Positions 61,021 through 64,000 of a stretch of DNA of 64,000 nt are shown in pieces. The notes beneath the pieces were generated by a model. It worked only from the letters and a program-made list of their open reading frames with translations. It made no database searches and was not told the DNA's origin. Origin of the DNA: Escherichia virus TH47; the sequence record MT446416.1, one strand, 5' to 3'. The first letter of the stretch is position 1. Each line of letters starts with the position of its first letter. The translations under genes were made by a program, and so were the position numbers.

Positions 61021-62148
61021 TTACTCTTTATTTCCATACGCCAGGTTACGAATGATATTGGCAGTATCTTCATCAACTGCTTTACCAGTTTGAGCTTGCA
61101 AACGGCCTATGATCAATGGGATAGTGATAGTTTGAATATCAATCATTCGGCTCATATCAATCTGATACTGCTTACTAACACCAACAATACTAGTTTCAGT
61201 CATTGCTGTTGAAATCCCCATTTTCATAATACGTTCAAGCGTCAGTTCATATTCAAATGGATCTTCCAAACGACGAATTGCATATTCACACCCAATCTTA
61301 CCATACTCAAGTTCATTTTTGATTTCACGAACTTCATCACGAATTTCAGTGAATAAAGTCGTAATACCACTAAACTTATTCGTATCGTACTTCACTGCTT
61401 CATTCAATGCTTTCATTACTTTTGGTAAATCAGTTGGCTGTACTTTGATATCAGCTTTCCCAAACAACTTCTGTGTAAATGTAGGCTTCAAAGGGAATAA
61501 CTTTTCCAGTGCTGTTGTAAGGTTACCCATTAATAAACGGATATAATCACTATGCTGCTGTAATGCTGCGTTTAAATCCAACTGACGCTCGGAGATCTTC
61601 TGAATCTTCACACCAACTTCTTGTGCACATACTGGTAGGTTTACATACCAATCCAGAACCTTCACCGGATCTTTTTTAATTGTATCTGGAAAATCCATCC
61701 AACGTTCAATGTCAGCAACCATATCACATTCAGGGTCGATAGGTTTCTTCTTAAGAACAATCGGAGCCGGAACTTCTGGTGAAGTAGCTACTGCTGCCAT
61801 GTTTGGACGAAGTTTACCTTCCTTCCAGTCTCGGTACTCCTTCTCTAACGGAGGAATTGGGAGATCTGGAACGATTCTCACATTTGAGAAATGAATTTTA
61901 TCTTTCATTAAATCCATTACCTTCAAACGGCGATTATCAAAATAGATCTCGTCAAGTGAAAGTGAACGTGTGTCGAAATGTGGATTTCCCAGTGAATCGT
62001 ATGTTCTGTCCACAACAATGGTATACATATATTTTCGATTCGATGAACGGTCATACTGTTTTAACAGTGAGTTAAGAACGTAGTTGAAGTTAAATTCTTT
62101 GATTTCGACTTCTTTACCGTTGTCAATGAAAAAATATTTTCCTTTCAT
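61021..62148 (-). CDS. hypothetical protein (375 aa)
   Basis: Long ORF adjacent to the TelA-like gene. Confidence 0.55.
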   Translation of the reverse strand: MKGKYFFIDNGKEVEIKEFNFNYVLNSLLKQYDRSSNRKYMYTIVVDRTYDSLGNPHFDTRSLSLDEIYFDNRRLKVMDLMKDKIHFSNVRIVPDLPIPPLEKEYRDWKEGKLRPNMAAVATSPEVPAPIVLKKKPIDPECDMVADIERWMDFPDTIKKDPVKVLDWYVNLPVCAQEVGVKIQKISERQLDLNAALQQHSDYIRLLMGNLTTALEKLFPLKPTFTQKLFGKADIKVQPTDLPKVMKALNEAVKYDTNKFSGITTLFTEIRDEVREIKNELEYGKIGCEYAIRRLEDPFEYELTLERIMKMGISTAMTETSIVGVSKQYQIDMSRMIDIQTITIPLIIGRLQAQTGKAVDEDTANIIRNLAYGNKE

Positions 62149-62231
62149 TACTGACCTCTTAATTAATTAAAATTGATACGATACGTACATTCTACATACA
62201 CACGATGTATTTGTCAAACCATTTTTTAAAA

Positions 62232-62264
62232 GAAAAAAGGACGCACCTTAGTGCATCCTTTTGT
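62232..62264. terminator. rho-independent terminator
   Basis: aaaaaaggacgcaccttagtgcatccttttg hairpin between 62248..63066 and 61021..62148. Confidence 0.45.
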
Positions 62265-63066
62265 TACTCTTGTCCTTGTACCACACAAATGTTTTTACTG
62301 GTGGGTACTTTTCATTCTTCGGTGGCTCCGGCATATCATACACAGTTGCATTTCTGAATTTCAAAATGTATGAATCCATTAAACGAATTATACAATAGTT
62401 CATGCACTTTTGTGCACGTTCTTTCCAAAAATGTTTATATGGTTCTGGACACCCAAGATAATCCAATTTGTACATACCCATAGCAGCTTGCATAAAGCGT
62501 TGGGCAGAGAACTTACGCTTGTCTACCTTACTAGCTCGATGCTGGTCACATGTCCAACTAGAGATACCAGGGAGATGACAGAATAAATCAAAACTCACCA
62601 TACTATCAAAGTACTTGTTATGACCGTTCAACTCTCCATAAAATACCGCTTCGGAAACAGTTTCATATAGTGAGTAATTTGTATGTATATGTTCATTGTC
62701 AAATATAGCTTTTAGATCTTTGTAAGTTTCTGGTACTGGTGGCTCTGGTAAAACTTCACCGAACGTCTCTAAGCACCAAATCTTCCACAAGCCTTTCGTA
62801 AATTTTACTTCAAGTTCTTTATCGCTGTCAATATAAAAAGTTTTCTCATTGATAAAAACTTTTCGTGCCATGTATGCTTTGAATACCGCATCAGGGTCGA
62901 TATCTTCACGTTTGATATCGTCCCATCCTTTACCGATTCGAGAAATTTCGAATCGTCTCATATACATCCTACATGCCAAATCTTTAGTTGTACTACGATG
63001 ATACTTGTCGTCTTGATGAAGTTTGGTAGTCTCATGGAGAGATTTAAGCATGTTTAAAATTCTCAT
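62248..63066 (-). CDS. hypothetical protein (272 aa)
   Basis: Long ORF. Confidence 0.55.
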   Translation of the reverse strand: MRILNMLKSLHETTKLHQDDKYHRSTTKDLACRMYMRRFEISRIGKGWDDIKREDIDPDAVFKAYMARKVFINEKTFYIDSDKELEVKFTKGLWKIWCLETFGEVLPEPPVPETYKDLKAIFDNEHIHTNYSLYETVSEAVFYGELNGHNKYFDSMVSFDLFCHLPGISSWTCDQHRASKVDKRKFSAQRFMQAAMGMYKLDYLGCPEPYKHFWKERAQKCMNYCIIRLMDSYILKFRNATVYDMPEPPKNEKYPPVKTFVWYKDKSNKRMH

Positions 63067-63743
63067 CGTAACACCAAATACTTCCCATCTTTACCTACTA
63101 CATACTGATTACCGCTACGTAGGACGCTATAACTTTCACCTAGTACCGAACTTAAGCGAGATGTATCTACCTGCGTATCGTTCGATAGAAGCTGTTTTAC
63201 GTATGCTTCTGACACAAATCCACTACCAGTACTGTAATGTAGTTTACCATATGCAGTGTTTAGTGCAAGCATGTGACCTTCTTTAACAACAGATACACCA
63301 GCAAAGTCTAAAAATTCACTGATGGATTTAGGAATACCCAAATCGATACGTTGTTGAATTTCATCAAAATCAACATCAATCGGATCATTCACACCATAAA
63401 GCTGAATCTTCCAGCCAGGATTTGGGCAAATGTTTTCAATAGTTTTGATAAGACGAAGTAGGTTTTCTGGAAATTCCGCATCACGTTCCATTTCAACGAA
63501 TACCTGATAACGACCATCCAGGTTAGGTGTTTCAGCAGCTTCAGTATCAACTGCATCAATTGGAGACTTCTCAATAAAAGATGACAGGTCATATGCAGCA
63601 TCAAAGTTGTTTAGTACTTGAAACATAACAACGATATTACTATCTTCAATCTTAGGAGTATATTCATCTACACTAATAATAGGATGAATCAAATCCTTTA
63701 GTACTTGTGGACGTAAACCTTGTTCATTTAGTTTCTTTTTCAT
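63063..63743 (-). CDS. hypothetical protein (226 aa)
   Basis: Long ORF; 4-nt overlap with the downstream gene. Confidence 0.55.
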   Translation of the reverse strand: MKKKLNEQGLRPQVLKDLIHPIISVDEYTPKIEDSNIVVMFQVLNNFDAAYDLSSFIEKSPIDAVDTEAAETPNLDGRYQVFVEMERDAEFPENLLRLIKTIENICPNPGWKIQLYGVNDPIDVDFDEIQQRIDLGIPKSISEFLDFAGVSVVKEGHMLALNTAYGKLHYSTGSGFVSEAYVKQLLSNDTQVDTSRLSSVLGESYSVLRSGNQYVVGKDGKYLVLR

Positions 63744-63994
63744 TGCATACCACCTTGTTGTACATCATCAGATACTTCTACATCTAAATCAACATCTTCA
63801 CCAGTAATTGGATCATCTGATGGTTCTTGTGCATTCATAGGATTACTATTGAATTCTGAAGCCATTAGTTTGTATTCATCAAAACTTTCAGGGTTAATTA
63901 AGTTTCTGGGAATTTGTACACGAACCAATAGAACTGGAATTCGTTCATTTTTTGGAATGCGAACAGAACCAGATTGCGTAGCCACACTCTTCAT
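63740..63994 (-). CDS. hypothetical acidic protein (84 aa as listed; start at the window edge is uncertain)
   Basis: ORF at the window end. Confidence 0.4.
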   Translation of the reverse strand: MKSVATQSGSVRIPKNERIPVLLVRVQIPRNLINPESFDEYKLMASEFNSNPMNAQEPSDDPITGEDVDLDVEVSDDVQQGGMQ

Positions 63995-64000
63995 ATCAGC

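Overview
This 64 kb window reads as an AT-rich accessory/early region of a large lytic bacteriophage; the host is unidentified but is probably a Gram-negative proteobacterium (sigma70-type promoters, strong Shine-Dalgarno sites, lipobox signals with Asp at +2). Nearly all genes are small, tightly packed and on the minus strand; only one long gene is on the plus strand (25027..26184). Supported features: a C5-cytosine DNA methyltransferase split at its catalytic cysteine by a LAGLIDADG-type intein; a sigma70-family sigma factor; six HNH/NUMOD-type homing endonucleases plus a repeat-containing putative GIY-YIG nuclease; three tRNAs (Asn-GTT, Ser-GCT, Arg-TCT) interleaved with the HNH genes; a DEDDh 3'-5' exonuclease; and LemA-like, TelA-like and NADAR-like proteins. 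The most unusual content is (i) an expanded paralogous family of about 22 small proteins (118-190 aa) sharing a C-terminal acidic-x-[FY]-[FM]-Q-x-S-[TL]-[VI] motif, (ii) strong over-representation of the palindrome CAGTACTG, which also sits in the spacer of four near-consensus promoters, (iii) a recurring terminator hairpin GGTTGAC-UUCG-GTCAACC, (iv) ORF-free, comparatively GC-rich stretches that may encode structured RNA, and (v) a gene interrupted by an in-frame amber codon. No CRISPR array, integrase or transposase was seen. All calls come from reading the sequence and the supplied ORF track; no database search was run, so functional names are motif-based hypotheses.
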